A DNA stretch of 64,000 bases, from positions 3,844,001 to 3,908,000 of the forward strand of contig NC_134035.1 in NCBI RefSeq assembly GCF_964204645.1, read 5' to 3'. Positions 1 to 14,215 of this stretch are shown here, piece after piece (the first letter of the stretch is position 1; the number at the start of each line of letters is the position of its first letter). A program made the translations under genes and the position numbers. Under the pieces are notes generated by a model, which saw only the letters and a list, made by a program, of their open reading frames with translations, did no database searches and was not told where the DNA came from. The DNA comes from Tubulanus polymorphus. Taxonomy: Eukaryota; Animalia; Nemertea.

Positions 1-2
1 AC

Positions 3-122
<120 letters not shown>

Positions 123-2692
123 TTAAAATCATAAAACTCATCGATAACTTCTTCATTCAAGTTTTTGTCCTTCGCCAGTTAGAGGGACATTTTTGAAGCC
201 TAATAATGTACATGACGTAGGGAAAAGCGAAACAAGAAATATGGAATCAGTTTGCCTTGCGTGGGTTGGGCTTTTTGTACACAAGATGGATAGAGAGAAA
301 GGGATGGAGTGGGAGTATAGAAGGGGGAAGAAAGGGAGATGGAAGAAAGGATGGAGGTAGGCAGCATCTGTATCTGTATATACACGTTGACCTGGCATTA
401 ATTGTCAAAGGTGGAGATAGGGTGAAAATGTCTATACAGAATCCCACAATAATAACTACAAAAATAACATTAGGTCCGAAATGTTTTGAGCTAGTTGTTT
501 ACTCAACGTTTGGACTTTATCCTAATAGTCATCTTGTGGAATACTACATTCCAGTATTCCAGAAGACGAATATCTTAGAATATCTCGGAATCTATCGATA
601 ATCTATAGATTATCGTTATAACGCCGACATAGCGTTTTATCAATCGTTAAGGACGGAGGTAGTCGAGAATAAATCGAATTTCAAGCACGTTTCACGTTCG
701 TACGGAATGACGAGGGGTTATTCGGTGCGAGGAAAAAATACGAAAATCTAAAAAGAATTTCGAGACGACGTCATCCGCTCGTAAAATCGCGTCGTCGTCT
801 TCTCGGTGTACAGTTCGTTCGATAAAACTACCGCTACGAACGATCATCAATGAGTTGACGAAGCTTTATTCGGCGAGCGATTAAAAACCGACGACGACAA
901 TTACTTATAAAACATACGAACAAACGAACGTACCGATAAAACGAGGCACACGCGCACGAGCGTACCATCGGGTACGATGTTAAAAACCGCAAGGAAAAAA
1001 AATTTTACGGACGAACATCAAAGAGACGAATCGTCGAACGGTATTAATTTCTTTTTTTTTCGTTTCATCTTGTCGGATCTTGTCTCGAGGAAGATTCACT
1101 TTTTTGTTCGATCGAGTAAAATGTCGGTAAAAACTACTCGCCCCGATTTCGACGGATAGACGAATGTTATATCAGCAGGCGCACCTGACGACCTGAAACT
1201 ATATCTGATTTGAGTTCGTCGATGCTTGGTGTTTTTCAAACTGAATTTTTGACAATTTTCCACGACGAATTACAGAATAAAGCGTGTGATTTTTGAATTT
1301 CTCTTTCCAGTCATTGAGCGCGTACAAATGCTGGTTTAATTTGCGACTTCGCATTAGGGGGGCGGATTTCATCGAATATTTATCGGCGCGTCGTCGTCGC
1401 AAAACGGCCGCATTGTTGACCGCGTTTGTTATTTCAAAAACATCTTGCACCTCAACGAATCGAACGACAAGTGTCCGCGATTGTGCTGAAGTCGCTTAAT
1501 AGCGTTAAAAGCCATTATCCGTCTGCTGACGAAACGTTAATTTATCGCCTTAACGTCGTCGCGCTCGGAGCCGAGTTTGTGATCTTTTTTTAACCAAATG
1601 ATAAAAGATCGTCGTGCGTAAAAATGTTTCCGAGTACCGTCGTTTATCTTTTCGTTTTTTGAAATCTTCAAAAGCCTTTATCGAATGCATTTGTTGCGTC
1701 AACGGAAAACATTCGACGCAGTCATCGTCGACGAGATAATTATTCGGCTGAACTCGATGCGTTAATCGGGCGAAAAAACTCGAGTACATCGACAAGAGAA
1801 CGGCTTGTGACCTGCTCAAAACCTTTGATAAGGCGATGCAAGCTTCGTACAATGCATTCCATGTTGTAGTAAGAGATCTCTTCTCATTTCTGCCTTCGGT
1901 TTGATCTTGAAATGAGATGAGTATTCTTTTTTGGAAAAAAAACGAACATCCACTCTAAATAATTATTCTATGAGCTTTGGATCCCAGGCGCTGTTTCAAA
2001 TGTGAAAGGTTTTAACGATAACCCGGCGAAGGTATCATAAACTTGCATTACCTTTAACCACAGGGTTAACTCAATTGATATTGAATTAAGTTAACCCTAA
2101 GGTTTAAGGCAACACACGTTTTCACTGATTTTTCCATGTGACTACACAAAATTCTGAGTTTTCCAGGTTTTCAAGGCCAGTGGCACCACCCTGTGGTTGG
2201 ATCGAGTTTACACGTGAGACGAACCCATCCCTAGGCATATATAAAGGAGGCGAACTTGACCGAAAAAAAAAACCCGATGACACCCCACTGGATCCTTGAC
2301 AACATACCGGGCACCGGCGCTAGAGAATAGACCTAGAATGAATCCAATTAAAAATCATAAACTCATAAAACGCGTAAAAGTTATTATGAAGACGCGGTCG
2401 TAAAGTAAGGTGCGAAGCCGAATTCTGTATAGAACGAACACCTTCGCACAACAATCGTACAAAGCGCCGAGCGGCGACCATTTTTCTATCACATCGTAAA
2501 AACATGATCGAATGACCGTTATTTTTTTCGGATTCCATGCGAGCTAAAGTATGCGTTTGTTGCTCACGTGATTCTAGGAAAACAGCTTGAAAAACGTTGC
2601 CAATCTCGTGTACATACATGTATACATGTACACTACCTATAACATGTAGAGAATCCCACAATAATTACGGAAACATGATATAAAGACCGAAG

Positions 2693-2963
2693 ATGTTTCC
2701 TTGAGCTAGGAGTTTATTCAGCGTTTCGACTATATTCTATTAAGTCATCTTCATGAATACTGTATTCCTTGAGCTAGTAGTTTATTCAACGTTTCGACTA
2801 GATCCTAATACTTATCTTCATGAATACTGTATTCTTTGAGCTAGTAGTTTATTCAACGTTTCGACAAGATCCTAATACTTATCTTCATGAATACTGTATT
2901 CCTTGAGCTAGTGTAGTTTATTCAACGTTTCGACTTCATCCTAATAGTCATCTTCAGGAATAA
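2693..2963 (-). repeat. Four tandem 67-68-bp units, each with a hammerhead-like core (Penelope-like terminus family)
   Basis: units start at 2701, 2769, 2836, 2903; relatives near 480-545, 3218-3335, 10130-10280, 14940-14980, 15265-15320, 16320-16500. Confidence 0.85.
2918..2963 (-). ncRNA. Minimal hammerhead ribozyme motif, intact unit of a tandem array
   Basis: uuauuc-CUGAAGA-u-gacu/aguc stem II-GAAA-c-GUU-gaauaa; 6-bp stem I; self-complementary AACGUU. Confidence 0.65.
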
Positions 2964-3034
2964 TGATGTTGTTCTCATTTAAGCATTGATGAAACACTCC
3001 GAGTTCAGTGTTGTAAAGATAATATAAAACCCCT

Positions 3035-3147
3035 GGAGCCGGTTTTACAGACTGGTATTACCTTTAATCTGGGGGTTAACTCAATTGAAAATGAATTGAG
3101 TTAGCCCCTGGTTTAAAGGTAATGCCAGCCTGTAAAACCAGCTCCTG
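3035..3147. mobile_element. About 110-bp palindromic MITE-like family
   Basis: hairpin centred on AACTCAATT...AATTGAGTT; further copies near 2020-2120, 12374-12482, 15114-15220, 54590-54695. Confidence 0.7.
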
Positions 3148-5922
3148 CGCACTAAGAAGTTAGTAATTTAGTTAGTTTAGATACCACCAGTGTAGTCGAA
3201 GAATAAAAAGAGTCTGAAATGTTTCCTTGAGCTAGTAGTTTATTCAACGTTTCCCCCAAATTCTAATTCCTCAGGATGACTACTAGAATATAGTCGAAAG
3301 GTTGAATAAGCAATCAGCTCAAGGAAACATTTCCATACTTAAGATCATTTCTTTTGTTAACACTGTGGGATTATAGTGTTTTATCAATGGTTCTGTAAAC
3401 TACAATTTCTTATAAGCCACAAGAGAATTGTTTTTCGAAACAATTTTTTCTGAAGATATGAAGATTTTTTACAGTTATTGTTTCATGTACGATGGGACAT
3501 TATCTATTTTCTACTGTTGAGAATGAATGCTCTACGGTTAGACGAAAATGGCGATCGGCGGAAAACACATATCTTTACTTAACCGGACTTGTTCAGTCAT
3601 GAATAGCATATTACTACATGTAAATACATTAAAAATCGCTTAAGACCAACCGTCATTGCGTTGACAAATTTCCAAATGATGACTTAGTATAGAATAGAGA
3701 ATATCGTATTTTTAGCATCTTTTGTGCAGCCATTTTCATACTCATGACCGTTTTGCAATGACATGATTCACTTCCAGTGGGGATCTTACCATTTGTAGTC
3801 CTCGATATTTTAAGAGGTGAAATATAAGAATTTCCATAGCTACTAAATGAATGAGCAAAAGGTGTTGTCTATGAGTAAGCCATCATGAATACATCTTTTC
3901 ACTAATAGGCAGTTGTGAAAGTGCATCAAATCTAATACTAGGCCTACAGTGTACTGAAACCACTAGAAACAATTATCCAGACCGCGTTTCTAAAATTACG
4001 AAGATTTTTCATAGCTTCGGACACTAAACTTGAAATTTCATAACTTTTCCAAGCCTTTAAGATATAACTACTATAAATCCATAACTTTTCTGGAATAAAA
4101 CAAACCCTGTTCAGAGGGATGCTCAAAAGCTTGTTAAAAAGGGACAGAGTTTTTTCCCCGACTATTCCCCGACATGCCCGTTGCTTTCCCTCACTACTTC
4201 TCGACATGAACGTTGTTTTTGCTGACTTCATCTACTAAGAAAGAGACGGAAACTCTTCAATTTTACGCCCGATCTACGTAACTATCTTAAAACAAATATC
4301 CCTGACTTTTACCCTGATTTCTAGACCAGCGGCCAACCTGTTAAAGCGAACAACCACCGGATAGTCGATACAACGATGATAATAATTTTCTTAACCACGG
4401 TATTCATCGGATCTTTAACTTTCGAACCAACTTATCATAAGCATCTGGTTTGACGTGTACAACTTTTGATATCACCTGCGCTAAGATGGCGCATTATCTA
4501 TTTTCAAACGAGGAATTCCGTGTCCATTCAAACACACAGCGTACATAACAACCCCCGAAAAAAGAAAAAAACGCATTCATTTCACGCGACTCGAAATTTA
4601 TTTATCCATTTCGACGTTCATTATAATCTCGTACGATTAATCGACGACGATTTATTTCGCCGACAGAAAACATTAATTATTTCCGTCGAAACTAACGACT
4701 TCGAACGGACGTAAAGTATTAATAAACGGTGAGTAATTACTTTTCGACGTTTTCGCGATCAATAACGCCGCGCGACGCGGCCCGGTCGAGTCGGGGTCCG
4801 TCGAAACAAGCGAAACGGGAGGTCGGCGTATTGTTCGCGGCGTTCGAGGGGTAGCGTCGAGGTACGACGTCGCAAGACAAATCGTTTACGATTAATTTCG
4901 CGCGGTCGAAACGCATTTATTTTCTTTTCCGTCGGTGAAAAGCGCGCGGCATCGAGCATCGTCCGCCGATGAGCGATCGGTTTCGTATTCATGAGCGAAA
5001 CATTTTCGCGTAAATAATCCCGACCCGAAAAACGCATTCATTTCAAAATCCACCGGCCGACGGCCGCCCTGCCGAAAAACGATCCCTTTCAAACGGAGGT
5101 AAAAAATTGCCGAACGATTTATCACGTTAACGACGAGGTTTATTTATCGCGACAATAATGAGGAGTGCAGTCGTCATTAATATTCTTTTCCTGCTTATGT
5201 TAACTTTCTCAAGAGAAAACGAGTGGGAGGGATAGACAGAATATGGAGAGATGACAAGGTGGCTGCTGTCCCCCTATTTACAAATCCCCTGAGTTTTTCC
5301 AGATTAGTCCCGGAGTGAATGAGAAATTTGATGGTTTAAATGTTCAGAATTCTTTTTTAATGTGGTTACACAAAATTCCTTAGAGCGAATCAGCGAAATT
5401 TTTAGGTTTAAAACATTACAATTCATTCGTTTTTCTGTGAATAACGTACTGATAAAGAAACGTGGTCAATAGCATCGTCCAAATTCCCCATTTTTCCTGA
5501 TTTTTCTGATTCCCAGTTTTCCAGGTTTTTCCAGGTCAGCGGCCACCTTGGAAGAGGAGAGAGGGAGAGTGATCGAGGGGGAGTGAGAGAGGGAGGAGAG
5601 TAAATGGAGAGCGACGGCATTAGAGACAGGGCATTAGAGACATGCGAGAACGAGAGGAATGAGGCAGAAGAGGGAGGTTGCAAAAAGAGACATGCGATTA
5701 CGAGAGGGATGAGGCAGAAGAGGGAGGTTGCAAAAAGAGGAAGGGACAATGAGTGCGGGGATAAGGCACATGACGGAGGTGAGAGGCCTAGACAAAGAAA
5801 TAGGTCAAGGAGGATCAGAATTTTTAGAGATTAAATAGATGGGACAAGGTAGGTAGATACGAAAGATGGAGATTTCATGAGATTTTTGGACACATGAAAT
5901 ATATACAGATCAGGGCAACTCA

Positions 5923-6048
<126 letters not shown>

Positions 6049-9000
6049 TTAAAACGATAACAAAACGATGATTATCCGATATTGATGGTTGCTCAGAGCG
6101 CTTCACAGTTATGCTATCATTAGGCATCCTCCGACAGGGGGAGATTTGAACGCGATGGCATCATGAGACTCTGCCACGTTGGGGTGGGGAAGTAACATCT
6201 GAGCATTGCTTAGGAGTCATCTATCAGATCAGGTGGCCTTTCAGGTGGCCACTTGATATTTGACTGCCTTCCCCCACTTTTCCCCCGACACGCACGTTGT
6301 TTTCTCTGACTTCGATCAACACAGAATCCGATTAACACAGTCAAATACATAAGGCATAAACGGAAACTATTCGATTTTACACGTGATCTAGAAATTGCAA
6401 CAAATCTACTTGACTCATAGCTTTTTTACAAAATTTCCCGGATATTCCCAGACTTTTTTAAAGGAGAGCCGACCTTTCCTTGATTTCCAGGTTAGCGGCC
6501 ACGATGCCATTTACTGCAGGGTGGAGATAGGCCCGGAATCGCCCGGGGATACTACGGTTATGTACACAATTCAGCGTTCTTTTTAACATTGATAGTTTAG
6601 AGCAGGTATTTTTCAAAATTCGACTTCGGGTTCACCGGCACTTTGCGGAGGCGTTACGTTTTGAATTAGCATTTTTAAAAAAAGAGCGCAGCCTTCATTA
6701 TCGCTCATTATGAAGATCGATGACAATAAAAAAACATTCGGCACAGTTTCGACTGAACACAATTCGACTGAAGACGAAGAACCTGCAATCGCGAAAATCG
6801 GCTTGAAAAGAGCCCCGTTAAACGACAAAAGCCAAACAGATGTCGAGATCGAAATTCCCAGGCTCATCATTTTTCCACAATGCGGCGATGACAAGCGTCG
6901 ACGTAACTCCGCCGAGATATATAATAAAACTAAACGCGAAAAAAACCACATAAAGAAGTAACATAATCAGATTCATCAATCTTATTCAAACGCGGGTTTC
7001 GGGGGCCCCCGATGAAATCTCTGACACAGATCTTTCTCACCGAACAGAGCGAGAGTTCATCTTCAACTCGGTTATTAGAACGTAAACGGACCAAAGACAA
7101 AAGCGTCGAGGACGACAACGACGCATTCAGATTTCGTAACCTGGATTCGCGCGTCGACTATCGAAAAGCGCAAAAGCGCGCATCGTCATCCCGCGACGGA
7201 TAAACAATCGCCGAAGAAAAGGCCGGTCGCTTTATTGTCCGACGCCGGTCTTCGTTCCGCGGCCCCGGAGTTCTTTCACAGCAGAAGCGGCCGAGTTCAT
7301 CAATATTCGCGGCGATAAATACGTGTTGACAAGCCTGTGAATTCGCGGCCCGATCTTCCCACCTGTTACGTGATATCGGGCGATGGTTTTTCTGTAGATG
7401 TCATCGCGCGATTCAATGCGACGAGTAAATCATACGCGGCGAGCTATTGTCGCCGGCCGGGGCGGGTACGAACGAATGATTTAAACACGACTTTCAAAAA
7501 AAAAAAAACAACAACAACGACGATGACGACGACCCCCGAGATATAAAGCCGCGAATGCTCGACCCGGGAAAGTTAACCGTAAAATTAGGACGCGTCGTGA
7601 AATTCTGTGTTTGTTTCTCTGAAGATGGCACAGTGAACTGGGATACGTAAATGACCGGGATAGCCACTCTTATTAGACTTAACTTTTTCCCCTGACTATT
7701 ATTCCCTGACATGCACGGTGTTTTCCTTGACTTGATTTGCTAAGAATCCATTCAATTAACACAGTCAAATACGTAAAACATATACGGAAACTATTTGATT
7801 TTTTGAACAATATATCAATCTTGATAGATTTCTCTGACTTATCGCTGATTTTTAGCTTTTTTACCAAATTCCTTGACTATCATTCCCTAACTTTTTGAAA
7901 GTGAAGGAAATTCCCCGACTTTTCCCTGATTTCCAAGTATTCATTATTTGACTTGCTTTTCTCCCTGACTATTCCCTGGTATGCACGTTGTTTTCCCGGA
8001 CTGGATCCAATCAAATGAATCCAAGAAAATGAATTTTCCAGACTTTTCCCTGAGTTCCAGGTAAGCGGCCACCTTGCTATAAGTATGAACCATGTAGCAA
8101 GTCGAAGTATCTAATCATTAACTTAAGAGATCAACCTTTTAGCACTCATTTTTTCTCATCAGAGATAGAGAGAATTTCTATAATATCGTTCGCATTTCAA
8201 ACCGTGTCACAGCGAACATATCAATCGCGTGGCCTGAGAAAAAGCTATATTTTTACGAGCAGCATTCAATGATGCTGAGAGAGATATATATCGAGGTCTC
8301 GACTCGCGTATTGTCTGAAAGTCATTTTTCGAAACGATGCCCGCAGAAAAAGAAAAACGTCCATTCAAAAAAGACTAGTCGTCGTAAAAAAAACCCGAAA
8401 AAGACGTCCTTGTGTGAATTCGAATAAAACCTATAAATCTCGGGGTGTCGCGGACGCGATGCAGCTAGGCAACCCATAAAAATCCGGCCCCGAAATCACA
8501 TTCGCGACCGAAAAACGCTTTTATTCGTTCGAGGTCTCCGTTTGTCGTCGGCTTCGGTGATTAAGTGTTTTACATCGAGAATAGATAAAGCTCGTTCCGC
8601 GTCCCCCCTCCCGAAAAATAACTAACGAGAACGAAAACCATAATAAACAACATAAATTATCAAACATCGTGCGTTCAATACGTAAGCTTTCAACAGTTGC
8701 TCGCTTTGTGATGAGGGGCAGACGACGACGTCGACCGGCTAACTGATTTCACCGGCGAGACGAAGCGTTTTTTGAAAATTTACCGAGGCGGCCGGCGACT
8801 ATTCTAAATACCGTACGAACTTTCTCGTCAACACCCGATAGATACGTGCGATTTCTCTAGCGATTTCGCGAAATCCGCGTCGTTCTATTCAAATTTTTTC
8901 GAAATTGACGATGCTGTTTTTTGTGCGCGTTCGTTTCAAGGCTTACGATGACAACAGGTGCATGCATCCCCCGACAACGAGATCGAGGACGAATAGGTAA

Positions 9001-9245
9001 ATGATGATGTTGCGCGATATTTACGAGCTAGCACCGGCCGGCTTGCGTCGGAGTTCATTCATCGCGGTTTCTTCTTTAAAGGTGACCTTACGTTACCGGA
9101 CTGATTATTTTTCTAAGACGCCATTTTCTTGTCGGAGATGAGCGAATACGTTTTTCAAAAATGTCGCTACTAGTACCATGAATCTAGATTGAAAACGATA
9201 CCGGACGATTCTACAGTCGTGAAAATTGTCGGCTTGAATATTTAC

Positions 9246-9272
9246 CTGGTTAATCTCTGATCTTGGTATTGG
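9246..9272 (-). CDS. Su(H): Su(H) 27-nt microexon, QYQDQRLT(R)
   Basis: tttttcag acceptor, gtaaat donor; supplies QRLTR that precedes EAM in CSL proteins; phase 2/2. Confidence 0.9.
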
Positions 9273-10392
9273 CTGAAAAATCGAAAAATAAAAAGAATTT
9301 CATCGTTATTACAAACAAAAAGAAGAGATATTCTTTCTAAAGTTTCAAACAGACGCGACTATCTGATACGTCTGTTTGTAGTAGTTTTCACCCAAAAACG
9401 ATGAGAGCAATTTGACATTAAAAATAGTGGTTTAATAGAAAGTGAATTAATAGAAATGATTCTGATTTTGAAAGTATTTTGTTATTTTTCAGGAATAGTT
9501 TAGCTCGAAAACAGAGTAAAAACGACTCTAAAATAGTATTCATAGTTAGGGCTGGTTGAATAGCGTAAGAAAAGGGTGTTCGGTTCCAATGACTGAAAAT
9601 AGAAAAAGGGTCCGACAAGAAATTAAGATCAGCATATACGAAAAGACTCAAATGAATAAATAACATGTTGACCGGTTGAAAAGGCGCGCGTCGCTTGTTC
9701 GCACTTGAAAAACCATTTCACTCTCCACTGTCCATGACAAATGACCAATCAGAGGACAACGCAGTTGTCATGACACGTTTCAAATCTGACAAATCGTCGG
9801 ATTGTAGAATTAATTGACCGCACGGATAGACTATGATTTAGTCGTTAACTCGCCGAGCTAGTCTGACCACCCAGGGAGCCAGTCGCTCAGAACTCGGTCG
9901 ACGAATAATGACCTTTTAGTTATCCAGTTAAACCAGTTATTGAGCAACTGACCTGCAGGTATTACACCTTGCCCGTGGATTAGTTCAAAAATACCTGACA
10001 CAAACAACTTGAATGTAAATGAAACTGTTTTCTTAAATCGAATCTTGTTCATGAAAGGAAACCATCGATGAAACATTTTGTGCCATGTGTCGATACACCG
10101 GGAATGCCACGCTGATATAACGAGAAAGATGAAGTGCGGAAAGTTTCCTTCAAGCTAGAAATTTATTGATTCGACGTTTCGACTATGACCTAATTGTCAT
10201 CTTCTTCAGGAAGGATATAGTCGAAACGTGTAATCAATAAATTATTAGCTCGAAGGAAACTTTTCGCACTTCATCTTTCAAGTTATATTAGTGTCGGATT
10301 CACAAAGGAAACTCACGGTGAAATACGTAATTTTGAAATGATCCTGTAAGGAATCTAAAATTTTGACGCCAGGTTTAAATGAAGCAGCCTAC

Positions 10393-11009
10393 CTCGGATA
10401 GAAAGGGTCGTGATAGTAATTCGAATATGCGTTGTATCGACAACTGTTGTTATTGTTGTTGTATCCGGCGTAGACGTTGTACTGGCCGTAGTAATAATCA
10501 TCCGAGTAATCGTCCCACCGATGGTAGGTGGCGCCGCCACCATACGCGTTGTGCCCAGAAGTAGGCGTAGTATACGCGTACGCGCCGGCCGTCGGGTTCG
10601 CGTTCCCAAACGACGGCTGATACGCCGGGCTCGATGGATAGGCGGCGCCGGACGTGCAGTACGGCGACGGCGCATACGGCGACGAGCACGCCAACGAGTA
10701 CGGGTGATGCGCGCACGCCGGCGAACAGTGCGCCGAACACGGCGACGTGGTGTGGTTGAAGCATTGTTGCGGCGTCGACGCCGGCGTGCACGGCGTACCG
10801 GGCGCGGCGGTCGTCTGCGGTGATACCGGGTACGACTGGTTGGCGTAATATTGCGTCGAATTCGCGCCGTTAAAATTTTGGTTGTCACCGCCGCCGCCGC
10901 TAATATTATCAAACTGCGTCAAGGAGGAAGACGACGAGGACGTGTACGCGCCGTAGTCCGCCGTTGCTGCGCTCGCGGCCGGCGACACATCGGAAAGTAA
11001 TTTCAACAT
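10393..11009 (-). CDS. Su(H): Candidate alternative first coding exon of Su(H): 205-aa Y/S/P/A/N-rich low-complexity N-terminus (MLKLLSDV...HDPFYP)
   Basis: ATG at 11009, open for 617 nt to ag|gtaggc donor in phase 2, the phase of the 9272 microexon acceptor; GC box and CCAAT upstream. Confidence 0.65.
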
Positions 11010-11149
11010 AATAATACGACGCAATTGATCGCCGCGGCGACCCCGGACGGTGCGTAAAAACAAACAAAAGTCGAATTCGCCGAGAACAATACGAAGAGAT
11101 TTATCCGCGTTCGGGTTTTTTGATCTATTCGCAAAATTCCCGTCCAAAT

Positions 11150-11720
11150 TTCTCACAAATTAACGTTCGCGAAATTACAAAAGGATCCGTCGGTTCGGTC
11201 GTTCAGATGCGCGTTCAGATCTTGGGAACAATTCTGTCCGTTTTTCCCAGCGACTAGCGACGAGTTACGACCGTCGTGTCGACGTTCGGTGAAATATGTG
11301 AGAACCGCCGAGAAAACCCGTGTGTTCGTTTCGTCGGGGAGGGGCGCGTCGGGGTCCGAGTCGACGAAGACGTGTGCCAAAAAACTATGAAATGAAAAAA
11401 ATGCGAACAAAAAACGACGAAACCCGAGGATTCGTCGACGAGACTTCAAAAGGCGCTCGGTTTTTGATCGGCGAATTTCACTTTTTTTTTTTTCTTTTGA
11501 AAAACGTTCAGGGGGAGGGACTTAAATACGTCGCACGTCGACGGGTTTTTAAAATTTTCGGCTGCTTTGTTGTTGTTGGGGAATTAAGTAGCGCAATTCG
11601 TCGCCGACTGAAAACATTTACGAGATGAAATTTCCCACCATAAATTTCGCCGTGAAACGTCGCGTTTGACAGGCCGCGGTGGGCGGGGCTTACGCCGGCG
11701 CCGGCGCAGCGGACGATTGG
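11150..11720 (-). promoter_or_regulatory. Candidate internal Su(H) promoter/5' region
   Basis: TGTGAGAA at 11150-11157 and 11297-11304, GC box GGGCGGGG at 11681, CCAAT (minus) near 11716, CpG-rich, upstream of ATG 11009. Confidence 0.45.
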
Positions 11721-11990
11721 CTGAACGGTAACTCGTCGGGCCGTACGCGAATGAGATTAATTTCAATCGACCTCGAAGAGAGCATAAAACGAGCAAGAAA
11801 ACGAAACGTCCCGCGACATCGAAAAAAAGGTCAACGGAATTATCTTTCTCGAAGTTGATAATGTAGCGCGATATAATCCCATGAAAAGAATACCAGCTCG
11901 GCCATTTTCCATCTATTTATGAGTGAATCGGAGAAATCTCTAGGTTTAAAATTCATTCATTTTTCATTGAATCAGGTATTGATACAGAGC

Positions 11991-12295
11991 AAGCGGTGTA
12001 GGGGCGAGTGGTTAGAGCGTTTGGGAATCGCTCTGGGAAGCCAGGGCGCGGGATCGAACCCTGTACATTACCGTAGTGTCCTCGGGCGAGACACTTATCC
12101 TCATTGGGTACCTGGCCTGATAGATGACTCCTGAGCGCCTAGTAGCTGCTTGGATGCTCTTTTGTGTCTAAATAAACTCATTCATTAATTAATGTTGCTT
12201 GTCCCCAGGGAGAGATGACGGATACAAGGAATAAGGCTGGGGGTAATTATACCAAATTTGAACTGACCCTGGTTAGGATACCTGCGCTATACCAA
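11991..12295 (+). mobile_element. tRNA-derived SINE with CORE-like central domain
   Basis: A-box TGGTTAGAGC, B-box GGATCGAACC, GTCCTCGGGCGAGACACTT core; second copy at 62935-63310. Confidence 0.75.
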
Positions 12296-13120
12296 TGAAA
12301 TTATTATCACTATACAGAAACAAGTCCATCATCCGAATTCCCTGAGTTTTCCAGGTTTTTGGTAAAAACCCTGAGCCCGGTTTTACAGACTGGTATAACC
12401 TTTAATTCGCGGGCTAACTCAATTGATAATGAGTTGAGTTAACCCCTGTATTAAAGGTAGTACCCGTCCTAAAAACCGGCCCCTGAGTTTTCCCTGATTT
12501 TTTCTAGATGTTTTATTCAAGATTTCCTGAGTATTCCAGGTTTTCCAATGTCACTGGCGACCCTGAACGGTATCGTTTCAAACGATCTATTTTTCGTTAT
12601 TTCTCAAAGTCGATACGCGACAACGCGATATATCGAATTCCGCGTGAAGAAGAGAAGCCGAAAATCATTCATGGCCCACAGGTGCGAATCGGCGTGTACG
12701 CGAATCGGGTAATGAATCATACACGCGTGATTAGATTCGCGAGGTTACCCCGTATTTTAATAATGTCCTAGCGCGACACAATCAGTCCATTGTCGAACGA
12801 TGCCCGAAATCCGTTTTACTTCATCAACCAAACGGAGCAGGTTTATTTAATGGCCGAATCCGTCGGCAATTATCGTCAATCACGCGCGCGGTCGCCGCGG
12901 TTTTTTTTGCGCGATTGATACGGTTTTTTTTAATGGTATTCACGCAGACGCGGATTCACCGGGGCAACGCCGACACTTACCGACAAGAATGCGCGCAGTC
13001 GAATTTACTATATAAGGCTAAAAATAAATGATACCTCGTTTTTATGTTTCTGCTGAGCTTAAAAGTTTACCCGGCCGGCCGCCTATCACCCTGTAGATTA
13101 CTTTTCTTTTTAAACATTAA

Positions 13121-13404
13121 TCATTTCTGTACCGACTTATTAATACCCCTAAAGTGATGGAGATGATTTGAAAATGTTTGAAAAATTCTGGCCCAGTGCA
13201 TCAAATAAGAGGCATCAGCTATAGTGCATCTACACCGCGGTGCAGTGTATCATTAGTTACTTATATCTAACTGTGTTTGACAGGTGCTGCCATCTTTCAG
13301 TAGATAAAAACATTTACGAATTACATCAATACATCGCACTGCCATGTACCAGCAAATCGATCACCGATTAAACACCGCGCTGAGGTGTAGACGCACTGAA
13401 AGGG
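13121..13404. mobile_element. piggyBac-like MITE, diverged copy
   Basis: right TIR and TTAA intact, left TIR degenerate. Confidence 0.75.
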
Positions 13405-13733
13405 TTAAACCGTTGCTTAAGTGGCACGGCTGCTGTACGATCTGTAAAAATCCAACTTGGTGGTCAAGCTTAAACTAAGGTATAAGGCTAGTATCTCAGG
13501 GAAGAATTAAAGTGAAAAGTAACGTATGTGGTAGATAGGCCGATGGACACTTTTCACTATTTTCAGTCAGTCATATTCGAACAAAACTTTTCCAAAGACT
13601 AGGCTAATTCCACGTCAAAAAAGACCTTTCACATTTTGAGGCGGAATCCAGATAAAAAAGAAAATCCACCCATTTAAAAAAAAACCGGAGATCACGCCCT
13701 GACACGTAGTCCCCAGTTCCTCACGATACGTAC

Positions 13734-13938
13734 TGTTTCGATAGGCCGTTGTGATGCCGCGTGTCTTGATCGCCGTGATGGTGACCTATAGGGGGCGACG
13801 GTGTAGGCATCGGGCTCGGTGGAGTGTGTATTGCATTGGACATCGTAGTGATGCTGAGTGGAGCCGTCGTCGACAGGTGTCCGAGTTCTCCATTGATTTT
13901 ATCGGGCGGCGTCAACGATCCGGGAATTCCTCCTGATT
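13734..13938 (-). CDS. Su(H): Su(H) coding exon, (E)SGGIPGSLTPPDKING...TPPSPMPTPSPP...GLSK
   Basis: ttttcag acceptor, gtacgt donor, 205 nt phase 1 to 2; GSLTPPDK and PPSPxPTPSPP are characteristic of protostome Su(H) N-termini. Confidence 0.9.
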
Positions 13939-14044
13939 CTGAAAATATACGTTCGACGGAAATTAAAAATCTGTCAAAATTAGAGAACATTTTTCACATT
14001 TTTGTGAGATTGATTCTTCTCTGACCTCATAAATTCAATTTAAC

Positions 14045-14215
14045 ATCGGGCCCAGTCCCAGTTGAAATGGGTTTAATTTGACTCTGGATCCAGTTCCACA
14101 ATTATGCGGGTTTAATAATATGACTGTGGACCCAGTTCCACAGTTGAATGGGTTTAATTTGACTCTGGATCTAGTTCTACACTTCCACAATTATTTGGGT
14201 TTAATCGGACTCTCT
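14045..14215. repeat. Degenerate tandem repeat, about 40-50-bp unit
   Basis: GGGTTTAAT...GACT recurs four times. Confidence 0.7.

Noticed and set aside
10355-10912. Arg-rich protamine-like ORFs (185 aa minus, 137 aa plus)
   Set aside because: Alternative frames of the CpG-rich Su(H) alternative exon
11991-12070. tRNA gene
   Set aside because: A and B boxes present but no cloverleaf, and it continues into a SINE body
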